This document shows, one piece after another, positions 48,451 to 58,007 of a stretch of 64,000 bases of DNA. Position 1 is the first letter of the stretch. Each line of letters opens with the position of its first letter. Under the pieces are notes generated by a model that ran no database searches, was not told where the DNA came from, and worked only from the letters and a program-made list of their open reading frames with translations. The DNA comes from Candidatus Thorarchaeota archaeon. GTDB taxonomy: Archaea; Asgardarchaeota; Thorarchaeia; Thorarchaeales; Thorarchaeaceae. Both the position numbers and the translations under genes were made by a program. The DNA is taken from assembly GCA_046482545.1 (NCBI GenBank), contig JAWOEX010000013.1, forward strand, positions 32,001 through 96,000, written 5' to 3'.

Positions 48451-48938
48451 TAGTCATCCTCCTTTTGGTAGAGACTATCGGCATGTCTATCGTGAAGCGC
48501 AAGCATTTCGCCATCAGGATCTGTATGTGCAAGTTTCTCACGCGTGGTGATTTCGAGAGCATCAACGGGACATCGCTCGACGCATTCTCCACACTGAATA
48601 CACTTGATTGCTTTTCCCGTATCAGGATTGATTTTAATTGCAGCATAAGGACAGGCGTCTATACAAATCCCGGTACCTGTGCATTTCGCCTGATTGATGA
48701 TGACTGTCCCCTTCTTCGTACGGTTAATAGCACCCTCGGGACACGCATCGATACAAGGTGCATCCTCGCAATTCCTGCAGAAAAGTGCGAAATCAAGAGC
48801 TGGCTCTACTCGCAAAACTCTCACACGGGACCTCGCTGGGCTGATAGTCTTGAAGAACCGCATACTACACACGTTCACGCAAATCATGCAGCCTGTACAC
48901 ACCCGTGGGTCGCATATCACGAACTCTAGTTCACCCAA
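48450..48938 (-). CDS. 4Fe-4S dicluster (AOR-associated electron-transfer) subunit
   Basis: Four Cys clusters of the HycB/DmsB type. Confidence 0.9.
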   Translation of the reverse strand: MGELEFVICDPRVCTGCMICVNVCSMRFFKTISPARSRVRVLRVEPALDFALFCRNCEDAPCIDACPEGAINRTKKGTVIINQAKCTGTGICIDACPYAAIKINPDTGKAIKCIQCGECVERCPVDALEITTREKLAHTDPDGEMLALHDRHADSLYQKEDD

Positions 48939-50313
48939 TGCCTGTTCCTCCTAGTTGCTTGTTAGAGAGCCCCATCTGCTGAAACTCTCCATGGCCAGGT
49001 TTGATGGTTGTTCTGTCCTCCTTGAAAACCATCTCCCCTCGTACAAAGGTCATCTCTGGGGCTCCTGTCATTTCGAGACCCTCATACAAAGTCCAGCCGC
49101 ACTTGGAGAACATCATGTCTGGACCGATTTTCTCCTTCCTAGTTGGATTGACGATAACCAAGTCTGCATCAGAACCAATCCTCAGTACTCCCTTTTTGGG
49201 GTAGAGCCCGAAGATTCTGGCCGGGTTTCTTGAAGATACATGGAGCAGTTTTGAATAGGAAAGTCTTCCACTATTGATGCCTTCAGACAAGAGCACCCTT
49301 AGAATCATCTGCGTACCATCAACTCCCGCCCATGCTTCCCTGATATCATTCGAACCCGCCTCTTTCTTCTCAATCGGACAGGGTGCATGATCACTGACAG
49401 TGATATCGATTGTGCCTCTGAGCAGGGCTGACCAAAGTGCGGCCTTATCGTGCTTGGTTCTGAGAGGGGGATTCATTTTGCTTTTGACCCCCAGTCTGTT
49501 CATCTGGTCTCGATGAAACATTAGATGGTGGGGGCAAACCTCGGTGGTCACCATCACTCCATCTTTTCTCCCTTGCTCGATTTCTCTCAATCCTCGCCCA
49601 GTAGTCACATGTGCTATGTGCAAGTGACCACCAGTCTTACGTGCGATATCTACAAGCTGGGAGATTGCCAGTTGCTCGGCTATACCTGGTCGCGCAAGTG
49701 AATGGCTTATTGGCGCATCCCATTGCCCTTCCATGTCATCCTCGAATTCTCTGAGCACTCCCGGGTCTTCAGCATGCACAGTAATCTGAGCACCGTATTC
49801 GGATGCTTCGCTTAGGAGCCTCACCATGACACCCGCATCCGCTGGGAATGGCTCCCCAGTAAACGCCTTGAACGCAGCTACCCCCTCCTCGATTATGGGC
49901 TTGATTATCTTCACATTCTCAGAGTACATCATCCCTGCGGTAAATGAGAAATCAATGATGGACATGGACTCGCCAGCTTCAACCTTCTTCTGCAGCGCGT
50001 CAGGTGTGTCAACTTGGCTGACAAGAGGCATATCGATGACCGTAGTAATACCCCCTGCAGCAGCTGCCCGGGAGCCAGTGGTAAAGTCTTCATGACCTAA
50101 CATTTCTGGATCATGAATATGTGCATGAGCATCAATCAGTCCAGGCATCACAATATTACGTTCAGCGTCGATAACTTCCCTGGCCTGTGGAAGATGCTCG
50201 TCTGTTGCTATTGAGGAAATCTTGCCGTTAGTTACTGCAAGACCGCCTTGGGTTAATCCTGATTCCAGAAGAAGTCTGGCGTTCTTGATGACTAAGTCAG
50301 CTTCATTGCTCAA
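48931..50313 (-). CDS. cyclic amidohydrolase (dihydropyrimidinase/allantoinase/dihydroorotase family)
   Basis: PGLIDAHAH, AAAGGITT, HAED, NPPLR, SDHAP. Confidence 0.9.
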   Translation of the reverse strand: MSNEADLVIKNARLLLESGLTQGGLAVTNGKISSIATDEHLPQAREVIDAERNIVMPGLIDAHAHIHDPEMLGHEDFTTGSRAAAAGGITTVIDMPLVSQVDTPDALQKKVEAGESMSIIDFSFTAGMMYSENVKIIKPIIEEGVAAFKAFTGEPFPADAGVMVRLLSEASEYGAQITVHAEDPGVLREFEDDMEGQWDAPISHSLARPGIAEQLAISQLVDIARKTGGHLHIAHVTTGRGLREIEQGRKDGVMVTTEVCPHHLMFHRDQMNRLGVKSKMNPPLRTKHDKAALWSALLRGTIDITVSDHAPCPIEKKEAGSNDIREAWAGVDGTQMILRVLLSEGINSGRLSYSKLLHVSSRNPARIFGLYPKKGVLRIGSDADLVIVNPTRKEKIGPDMMFSKCGWTLYEGLEMTGAPEMTFVRGEMVFKEDRTTIKPGHGEFQQMGLSNKQLGGTGIG

Positions 50314-50630
50314 CTGGTTTTCACTCCATTTTTGCTTATGTGTACGCCTGTTCCGCCGCCAACGGGCGGGAATATTGCAACACGGTCTCCTTCTTCGAGG
50401 TGTGTGTTATACCCATCGAGAAGCTCAATCCGCTTTCCGTTTATCATACATGAGTAAAAACGCTTGAGGCGTCCGCTTTCTTCATCAATTGCAACTTCAA
50501 GGAACGGAGCTCCGAACTTCTGCTTGAGCTTCTGAATCAGGTCATCGATGGTATCAGCTACCAACTCTACAGTTCCCGTGCCTGTTGCTTCTCTGACCGT
50601 AGCAAAGAACTTGACTGTGACTTTAGCCAT
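50310..50630 (-). CDS. MoaD/SAMP ubiquitin-like sulfur carrier with C-terminal extension
   Basis: VKFFAT.RE...INGK...AIFPPVGGG followed by 13 extra residues. Confidence 0.88.
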   Translation of the reverse strand: MAKVTVKFFATVREATGTGTVELVADTIDDLIQKLKQKFGAPFLEVAIDEESGRLKRFYSCMINGKRIELLDGYNTHLEEGDRVAIFPPVGGGTGVHISKNGVKTS

Positions 50631-50727
50631 TGAACACCATCCATCTTCTACATCTCTGAATAAGACATTTTAACCGTTCCTGATTGTCGGTCTATCTGAG
50701 CGGTATTCACCTTAGGAATGACTTTCC

Positions 50728-51651
50728 ATGGATTTGACAGTTGTTGGTCATCTTAGTAGGGACCTCATCATTACGCCAGAGACTCAGAGGGAGGCTATTG
50801 GTGGAGGAACCGCTTATGCTATGCTAGGACCATCGATTGGAGCGAAAACTAGGATAGTCAGCAAGGTGGGTCAAGATTTCGAAGAAGAATATCTGAGCGT
50901 GTTGCGCAATTCAGGTGTGGATTTATCTGCTCTCCACCAAAAATCAGGCAAATCGACCAGATTTGTGAATCGATATGACGAAGAAGGTAATCGTAGTCAG
51001 TACGTGGAGTCAGTAGCACCTGATATAAGTGGCAATGACGTTGATGAGTCAATTCTCTCAGGAGTAATCGTCCATTGCTGCCCTCTTCTACGCGAAATCG
51101 AGACATCACTTCTTAGGCAAGCTGCAGAATCTGCTTCATTAATCTCGCTTGACATACAGGGATACCTTCGCAAGATTCAGGAACAGGAAGTGCGGCTGAC
51201 AGATTGGCGAGACAAGAAGGAAATCCTTCCCCTTGTAGACATCGTAAAGGCTGATGAAAGAGAGCTTGAAGCCGCAACAAGTATCGCTGATGAACAAAAA
51301 GCGGCAGAACACGTCATGGAGTTTGGACCATGCGTGCTTCTTGTAACACGCAACCGTCGAGGATCAACTATCTACACTCCGGCAGAGGCTGTGGATATTC
51401 CAGCGATTCCAGCTGAGGAGATTGTGGATACGACAGGTTGCGGTGATACCTATTCCATTGGCTTTCTTGTGGAATATTCCCGAACCGGTGATTTGTATTA
51501 TTCAGGAATCTTTGCAGCCGCATGTGCATCTTACAATTTGGAGACAATTGGCCCGTACGGGATGCCTTCACGTCAGGATGTAGAATCAAGAGTACGCGAG
51601 TTTTACAAAAATCCTAAAAAATCTTGGTGCAGAAGTGTAAAAGATCTATAA
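50728..51651 (+). CDS. PfkB-family carbohydrate/nucleoside kinase (C-terminus altered by insertion)
   Basis: GGGTAY, DIQG, VDTTGCGD. Confidence 0.92.
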   Translation: MDLTVVGHLSRDLIITPETQREAIGGGTAYAMLGPSIGAKTRIVSKVGQDFEEEYLSVLRNSGVDLSALHQKSGKSTRFVNRYDEEGNRSQYVESVAPDISGNDVDESILSGVIVHCCPLLREIETSLLRQAAESASLISLDIQGYLRKIQEQEVRLTDWRDKKEILPLVDIVKADERELEAATSIADEQKAAEHVMEFGPCVLLVTRNRRGSTIYTPAEAVDIPAIPAEEIVDTTGCGDTYSIGFLVEYSRTGDLYYSGIFAAACASYNLETIGPYGMPSRQDVESRVREFYKNPKKSWCRSVKDL

Positions 51652-52145
51652 GATTTCCTGCAAGCCCGTTTCGGGCAACAAACGAGGGGAGTTTATTAGG
51701 TCTAGTACGGAACCCGGGTCCAGTAGGACTAGGCAAGTGGGCTAGTGCTGTGCACGACGCACGCGGCCGAAAGCTGTGAGGTAGACGCGTTCCACTAAGC
51801 AGAAGTCCTCACTCTCCACACAGGAACTTCATCAGGTTTCGGAGAGTCCGCGGCTGTTCGCTTTGTCCAATTGGACCTGGCCAGCTTTGGTGACAAAGCT
51901 GGGCAGAGTGATAATAACCCCGCCGTGGCAAAAGCTGTGGAAAACCTCGCTGTCCCCGGGAGTGATGTGTCCGGGTCAGGACAGGAGACAGAAGCCGAGA
52001 CCGCAAGAGGGACCGTGTCCTGATGATGGCGGCCAAAGTCCTTGCTTGGCCGGGGGTAGCGCCCTGGTATAGTGGTGACACTGGGCAAGGGAAGGGTGGA
52101 ATACAGGAGTTTCATGCAGTTGCTAAAACTGTAAGAAACGGGTTA
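51592..52145 (+). mobile_element. full-length non-autonomous structured element (copy F), TSD TCAAGA
   Basis: TCAAGA at 51586-51591 and 52146-52151; excision restores pfkB ending ...DVESRIGEYL*. Confidence 0.92.
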
Positions 52146-52218
52146 TCAAGAATTGGAGAGTATCTGTAGGCCAAACAGAAGTTTTTTGATATCTCTTGCC
52201 CGTGGGCGTTACGTACTG

Positions 52219-53415
52219 GTGAGAAGGTTGATCGAAGATTTGGATTCACTAATGGATGAACGAGGTGTTGATGCACTGATAGCTCAAGGGAATGCATTCG
52301 AAACACCTGATATTTTCTGGTTAACTGGTTTTCGTTCTCCCGATTCAATCATCTATTTCAAACAGAGAGATGCGGAACCCGTTGTTGCAGCTGCAGCGAA
52401 CACTTTGGAGCGCATCAAGAAAGAGAGCTTCATTGATTCAACCTATGATCTAACCGATACCTACACCGAGATGAAGAAAGAAGGAAAGAGACCTTCAAGA
52501 GAGCCAAAGCGAATCTATAGCGAAATCTTCGAGCAGCTATTTGACGGGGATGTTGTAGGTGTACCGAATCATTTGCCCAGCAATGTACTTGTAGCGCTCC
52601 AGGAGATAGGGCTTGACATCAAGGTTGTTCCTGATTTACTGAAAGAAGGCCGTGCAACCAAGAATTCTGAGGAAATCAAAGCAATACGGAAAGCCGGTGA
52701 GGCTACAGTTCTAGCTATGAAGCAGATAGTGGAAACAATCAAGAATGCTGAAATTGGTAGAAAAAATGAATTGCTGTCCGGCGGGAAACCGCTTACTGTG
52801 CGTGATATTAAGCTAGAACTTGAACACGCTCTACTAGATCGGCGGGCGGAATTGGCTGAGGATTCGATTGTCGCAGTAGGACAGAAGGGCTTCGATTGGC
52901 ATTATTTGGGGAATCTAGAAGACGTGCTGAAAGCCAATGTGCCAATTATCATTGATGTCTTTCCTAGGCTGAAAGAGGATCGGTATGTTGCGGATGTAAC
53001 GAGGACGATTGTGAAAGGAACCGTTGATGACGAGTTGCAAGCAATGTTCGATGCTGTCTTAGATGCACTACATGCAGTTGAGGATACACTTGCAGCCGGT
53101 GCTATGATTGATGAGGATGTAAACATGGCTTGTTACAAGACACTTGAGCAACATGGCTTCCAATCGTCTCGCCTGAATCCCGAGGCCAAGGAAGGAATGA
53201 CACATGGCTTGGGTCATGGAATAGGGCTTGAAGTACACGAATACCCTTCACTCTACGATAGAGAGAACGCATTCAAATCCGGCAATGTTGTCGCTATAGA
53301 ACCTGGTGTATATGTTGAATCAGTGGGCGGTGTCAGAATCGAAAACGATTACGTTGTTACCGACAGCGGGGCAGAGCGTCTAACAACAGGACTCGATGAT
53401 TTGCTATTCCTGTAG
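52219..53415 (+). CDS. M24 family Xaa-Pro aminopeptidase
   Basis: DVTRT, HGLGHGIGLEVHE, IEPG.Y, GVRIEND; start approximate. Confidence 0.93.
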   Translation: MRRLIEDLDSLMDERGVDALIAQGNAFETPDIFWLTGFRSPDSIIYFKQRDAEPVVAAAANTLERIKKESFIDSTYDLTDTYTEMKKEGKRPSREPKRIYSEIFEQLFDGDVVGVPNHLPSNVLVALQEIGLDIKVVPDLLKEGRATKNSEEIKAIRKAGEATVLAMKQIVETIKNAEIGRKNELLSGGKPLTVRDIKLELEHALLDRRAELAEDSIVAVGQKGFDWHYLGNLEDVLKANVPIIIDVFPRLKEDRYVADVTRTIVKGTVDDELQAMFDAVLDALHAVEDTLAAGAMIDEDVNMACYKTLEQHGFQSSRLNPEAKEGMTHGLGHGIGLEVHEYPSLYDRENAFKSGNVVAIEPGVYVESVGGVRIENDYVVTDSGAERLTTGLDDLLFL

Positions 53416-53422
53416 AAATATT

Positions 53423-54514
53423 CTACCGGAAACTTAGCGCACATACAGGACAGACGGAAACACACATTCCACATTGCTGGCATTTATCCGGCGAAATACG
53501 GACTTCTTGTCCTTCTCGATCAACGGATATTGCATTGTACACACAATTCCTTTCGCATAAGCGGCAGAATGTGCAGGTTTCAATATCTACAAGTGGAGGT
53601 TCTTCTGGAGGTTTTTTCTCTATTTCTCGTAGAGCAATGCCTCGAATCTCAGATACTGAATCATAATCATGTGTTTCCAGCCATTCATCGATTTCCTTTG
53701 CTATCTTCCCGTAGACTTCGGGTCCTCCAAGGATAGCTGCTGAACAGACCTCAATTGCAGAAGCGCCTGCCATGAAGTATTCGATAGCATCTTCACCACT
53801 GCTTATCCCACCGACCCCGATGACCGGAATGTCTACAGCTTGAGCAACATCTGCCACACATCGAAGGGCTATCGGCTTCAGGGCTGCGCCACTCATCCAA
53901 CCATACCCGTCCTCGCTGCCAAGAAACGGCTTACCCCTTTCTATGTCGATACGCAAACAGGGGCCGTACGTGTTAATCGCAACAATTCCATCCACATAGG
54001 GCTCAACCGATTTTGCCACTTTGGCTACATCTACTTTCGGGCTCAGTTTCGCGAAAATTGGGATATCCACAGCTTCACTAAGGGTCTTAGCGATTTCTTG
54101 GTGACCCCCAACGTAATGGGTACTGAATTCCAGTCCGTGAACCCCTACTTCCTCAACTTTCGGTCCAATCTCTGCCACTTCTTCGGGAGTATAGCCAATG
54201 CTTGCTATCAACGGCAACCCCGACTTCAATGCATTCGGATACTCTACTTGCAGCCAGGTATCAAGGGATTTCTCACTCCATAACTCAGCATTCAGCAATC
54301 CCTGTTTTGAACCGCGGGCCCCTCTCTCAAGGGATATTATGTTTGGTCTGGGAACTTCAGCTGGTTTCACGCTTACCGTCTTTGCGACCAGTCCTCCAAC
54401 GCCCCCTCGTGCTGCTTCAAGAAGGATGTCTGCACTCCGGGAATTGGGGCCTGCAGCTGTTAACACTGGATTTCTGAGCTCCAAATCACCTACTGCGGTT
54501 TTTAGAAGAGCCAT
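53423..54514 (-). CDS. dihydropyrimidine dehydrogenase PreA-like / DHOD-family flavoprotein with C-terminal 2x[4Fe-4S]
   Basis: AKTVS, NAELWS, AKLSP, INT, GWMSG.ALKP, GVGGI; C-terminal ferredoxin motifs. Confidence 0.85.
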   Translation of the reverse strand: MALLKTAVGDLELRNPVLTAAGPNSRSADILLEAARGGVGGLVAKTVSVKPAEVPRPNIISLERGARGSKQGLLNAELWSEKSLDTWLQVEYPNALKSGLPLIASIGYTPEEVAEIGPKVEEVGVHGLEFSTHYVGGHQEIAKTLSEAVDIPIFAKLSPKVDVAKVAKSVEPYVDGIVAINTYGPCLRIDIERGKPFLGSEDGYGWMSGAALKPIALRCVADVAQAVDIPVIGVGGISSGEDAIEYFMAGASAIEVCSAAILGGPEVYGKIAKEIDEWLETHDYDSVSEIRGIALREIEKKPPEEPPLVDIETCTFCRLCERNCVYNAISVDREGQEVRISPDKCQQCGMCVSVCPVCALSFR

Positions 54515-54539
54515 AGGAGACCTAGTGCATCAATTGAAA

Positions 54540-54977
54540 TAAGAGTTCTTGCAGCTTGCTGTTGTTTTTTGAAAGACAAAATGCGATTGATAAGAGTTTA
54601 CTGGACTGTGCCGTGGTGGTTGTATGGGGACTTCCTCACACACATGCCGCAGCTTGAACAGAGATCTTCGACTATGGTCGGTAGCTCACCTCATCTGTAT
54701 GGACCTTCTCAGTAGCGACGAGAAGGCTGGGTTCGGTGATCATGACCACGCCGTGACAAGAGCGGCGGAACAGCTCGCTGTCACTGGAGTGATGACCCGG
54801 AGCACGACAGGAGCAGGAAGTCTGGACCGCGGGAGGAATCCTATTCCAGTGAACGCGGACAAAGCCGCTGCTAACTCAAACGCTGAGAAGTACTTTGAGG
54901 GGATTAACGCCAGTAGAGAAGGAGTGGAACACAAGAATTTCCTCGGTTGAATTCACTCAACTGTAAGAAACAGTTTA
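54540..54977 (+). mobile_element. diverged element (copy G)
   Basis: GGTGATCATGACCACGCCGTG, GGACCGCGGGAGGAATCCTATTCC and CAACTGTAAGAAACAGTTTA shared with copy C; left boundary approximate. Confidence 0.88.
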
Positions 54978-54978
54978 T

Positions 54979-55395
54979 ATGGGAAAACATTATCAACACA
55001 CATTTCCCCTCCCTAAACCCGGGGAGTTAAATGCTATGAGAAGAACAGAGAATCCACAAACAATTGGAGAAATCATTAAGAAACTGCTTCAAAGTGACTT
55101 TTCTGAAACTGAAGTAAAACATTGCAGAGATACCATTGATAGAGCGTGGTATCTTTGCGAGGAACGGAATGGCGGCTACCATCCGACAGCACAGGAGTTG
55201 TACGGATTGTTGAATTTCTTGAATGAGAGAATTATTCCCGCCATTAGGAGCCAATCTCATGACAATGAATCTGCACGTAAATGGCTTGAACAATATGTTG
55301 AGAATAACCTTGGAGCGGATACTTCAGGGTACATCATTGAGCGTAGGCAATTCTCAGAGCCTTCCGTAGATATGAATGCAATCCGAACGATGTAG
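54979..55395 (+). CDS. hypothetical protein
   Basis: 138-aa ORF directly after the element end; start may be ATG 55036. Confidence 0.55.
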   Translation: MGKHYQHTFPLPKPGELNAMRRTENPQTIGEIIKKLLQSDFSETEVKHCRDTIDRAWYLCEERNGGYHPTAQELYGLLNFLNERIIPAIRSQSHDNESARKWLEQYVENNLGADTSGYIIERRQFSEPSVDMNAIRTM

Positions 55396-55407
55396 GATGC
55401 GAGTCAT

Positions 55408-57333
55408 TTACATCAATCCTCGCTTGGCGAGATCGTGGTATACATATTCGAGTCCCAATTCAATCAGGGTTTCTTTCTTTGGAAGTCCTGTCTCTTTATG
55501 ACATCCTCTAAGGTTGTAATATTCATCCAGCATGTAGTCCAAATCAGGAAGACCACCTTTTGCAGGACCAGTGGGCATAGGTTCTTTCAATAACCTTCTT
55601 GGCAGAGTTTCCTCTTTGCGTGTAATCCCGAGTCTATGGTTGTAGGCTCTTCTGAGGTGACATATCCTCTCAGCCGCTTTTCTCACAAAGTTGGTATCTC
55701 CCCATTGACTCATACCTGTCAGCGGTGGGATCACATTGATGAACGTGTCGAAGTAATAAATCGGCGGCCACATAGTACCATATTTACATATAACCGCAGA
55801 GTCCACCAAAGCATACAGGTCCTCAATATCCTTGATAACTTCCCCTTTGTAGACAGGGGACATTATCTGGCTGATTTCCTCAAATTTCTCCTCACCGAAT
55901 CGATGGTTGATAACCTCAGGGTATCCGAGTTCCTCTAGACTGGATAAGCTTCTGAGATGGTCAGCTCCTCTGACATTTGTAGCATAGGTAAGCCCGACTG
56001 ACTGATGTGCTCGTGGATCCTGACCCGATGCCTCCAAGCCCTTGACATGAACTGCATATTTCCAGGCGTCATCACCTATTGCCTTTGCAGCTTGGCGAGT
56101 TCCTTTCGACAATATCTCACCGAAGCCTTCACGATTGGCTATCATTTCCACAAGGTCAACCATTGTGTCAACGTTTCCCCATGATAGGTCGATTCCATTG
56201 GTGTCATCTTCGTCAATGATACCCTTTTCCCAGAGCTCCATTGCGAAACCGATTGTCTTGCCTGTGGATATTGTATCCATACCAAGAAGATCACATCTGG
56301 TTCCCAAGTGGAAGATTGATTCTATGTCATTATTCAGACAATTGCTACCAAAGGCCATGAGTGTTTCATACTCTGGTCCTCCCGTCGGCCCACGGGCAAA
56401 TTGTCCCTCATTTACACGGAAGACGTATTTACAGCCTATTCCACAGCCGTAACAAGCTTCTTGATTGATTCTGTACTTATCTGCGATTATTTGTGGTCCG
56501 ATATCATCAGCATCTTCATAGAAACCGGTCCAGTGATTCTTAGTTGGTAATCTCCCGATTTCGTTTATCATTGCTACTAAATCAGTGGTGCCATACTTGC
56601 GTAAGGAATCAATGGAGCTTTCCCACAACTCATCATTGACCTTCGCCAATTCCGCACTGTTGGCTTCAAGATACGCATCCATATCATGGGCATCCAGACC
56701 GAGAGCACCACTGGCTGCGATTGCTTTCACATTCTTGGATCCCATAACTGTTCCTAGACCAGTCCTTCCAGCAGCTCTGTAGTAATCGACAATGATACAC
56801 CCGTACAGCACACCGTTCTCGCCCGCTGGACCTATCACTGCTGTTTCTATCGACGGGTCTTTATGCTTCTCTCGAATCATATCGGTCGTGATGTCTGTTT
56901 CCCTTCCCCATAGATCAGATGCATCTATCAGGTCTGCATCTCCGTCATTGAGATAAAGGTACACCGGGTCGGGCGAACGACCATTCAGTATGACGAAATC
57001 GAAGCCTGCATATTTCATCTCTGGTCCGAAAAACCCTCCGGAATGACTTTCTGCCCAGATTCCAGTTTGTGGGCTCATTCCTGAGAACATAAACCGTCCT
57101 GACGGAGAAAACATAGTTCCTGTCAATGGACCTGTTCCCACAATCAAAATATTCTCAGGTGACAGGGGATGGGTTTCAGGTCCAGTTCTATCCCATAAGA
57201 TTTTTGCGGAAATGCCAGTGCCACCCAGATACAGCAATGCCCATTCTTCTTCCATGTCCTTGATGTGAACTTTGCCTTTGTTCAGGTCCACATCGAGATA
57301 CTGGCCAGCATAACCCTTGTATGGGAAAGTCAT
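55408..57333 (-). CDS. second aldehyde:ferredoxin oxidoreductase family protein
   Basis: IGPAGE, GR.GLGTVMGSK, CYGCGIGC, PEYET, RGADH. Confidence 0.93.
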   Translation of the reverse strand: MTFPYKGYAGQYLDVDLNKGKVHIKDMEEEWALLYLGGTGISAKILWDRTGPETHPLSPENILIVGTGPLTGTMFSPSGRFMFSGMSPQTGIWAESHSGGFFGPEMKYAGFDFVILNGRSPDPVYLYLNDGDADLIDASDLWGRETDITTDMIREKHKDPSIETAVIGPAGENGVLYGCIIVDYYRAAGRTGLGTVMGSKNVKAIAASGALGLDAHDMDAYLEANSAELAKVNDELWESSIDSLRKYGTTDLVAMINEIGRLPTKNHWTGFYEDADDIGPQIIADKYRINQEACYGCGIGCKYVFRVNEGQFARGPTGGPEYETLMAFGSNCLNNDIESIFHLGTRCDLLGMDTISTGKTIGFAMELWEKGIIDEDDTNGIDLSWGNVDTMVDLVEMIANREGFGEILSKGTRQAAKAIGDDAWKYAVHVKGLEASGQDPRAHQSVGLTYATNVRGADHLRSLSSLEELGYPEVINHRFGEEKFEEISQIMSPVYKGEVIKDIEDLYALVDSAVICKYGTMWPPIYYFDTFINVIPPLTGMSQWGDTNFVRKAAERICHLRRAYNHRLGITRKEETLPRRLLKEPMPTGPAKGGLPDLDYMLDEYYNLRGCHKETGLPKKETLIELGLEYVYHDLAKRGLM

Positions 57334-57860
57334 CAGTAGCCCCCCTCCCGAACCAATCCGTACTTCTTGGGAAGATCATCCAATCTTCTTGCTCGTTCTG
57401 TTAGCCCTTCTTTATCCAACTCAATGATGCTGATAGCATCATATTCACAAGCCTTCACGCAGACGGGATCGCCCCCGCACAAATCGCACTTTATCGCTTT
57501 GAAGGTTACAGGATCCATTGCAATACCTCCGTAGATACAGGCAGTCACACAGTTCATGCAACCAATACAGCTGTTGTGTTCTACCGTAAGAATTCCTTCT
57601 GCATCACGATGAATCGCTCCAGTTGGGCATGCCTCCTCACATAGTGGATCCTCACATTGTAGGCAAACTACTGGCATGGTGATGTTGTCTTTCTCCTTGT
57701 TTAGAATCTGTATTCGCGACCTTCGCGGATTGAAGGTTCCAGTATGCTCTACAGAACAGGCAAGTTCACAGTTCCTGCAGCCCGTACAGCGGCTATTGTC
57801 TACAGCTAGAGCTTTCTTCAGTGTTGATGACCCCTTTTTGTGCAGTATTCCCGCCTCCAC
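57333..57860 (-). CDS. 4Fe-4S dicluster subunit
   Basis: CTGCRNCELAC, CLQC..P.C, KCDLC. Confidence 0.9.
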   Translation of the reverse strand: MEAGILHKKGSSTLKKALAVDNSRCTGCRNCELACSVEHTGTFNPRRSRIQILNKEKDNITMPVVCLQCEDPLCEEACPTGAIHRDAEGILTVEHNSCIGCMNCVTACIYGGIAMDPVTFKAIKCDLCGGDPVCVKACEYDAISIIELDKEGLTERARRLDDLPKKYGLVREGGY

Positions 57861-58007
57861 CCTTTTCCCGATGCCTCCTTTAAGTCATTTTATTCGTGAT
57901 AAGTAGACCGTGGATAATCCCAGAATAGCTGGATGTTTGTACATATGGCAAGATATTATTGAGATTGGAGATGCTCAAGATTACCTTTCTTATGTTGAGT
58001 GTTATAG

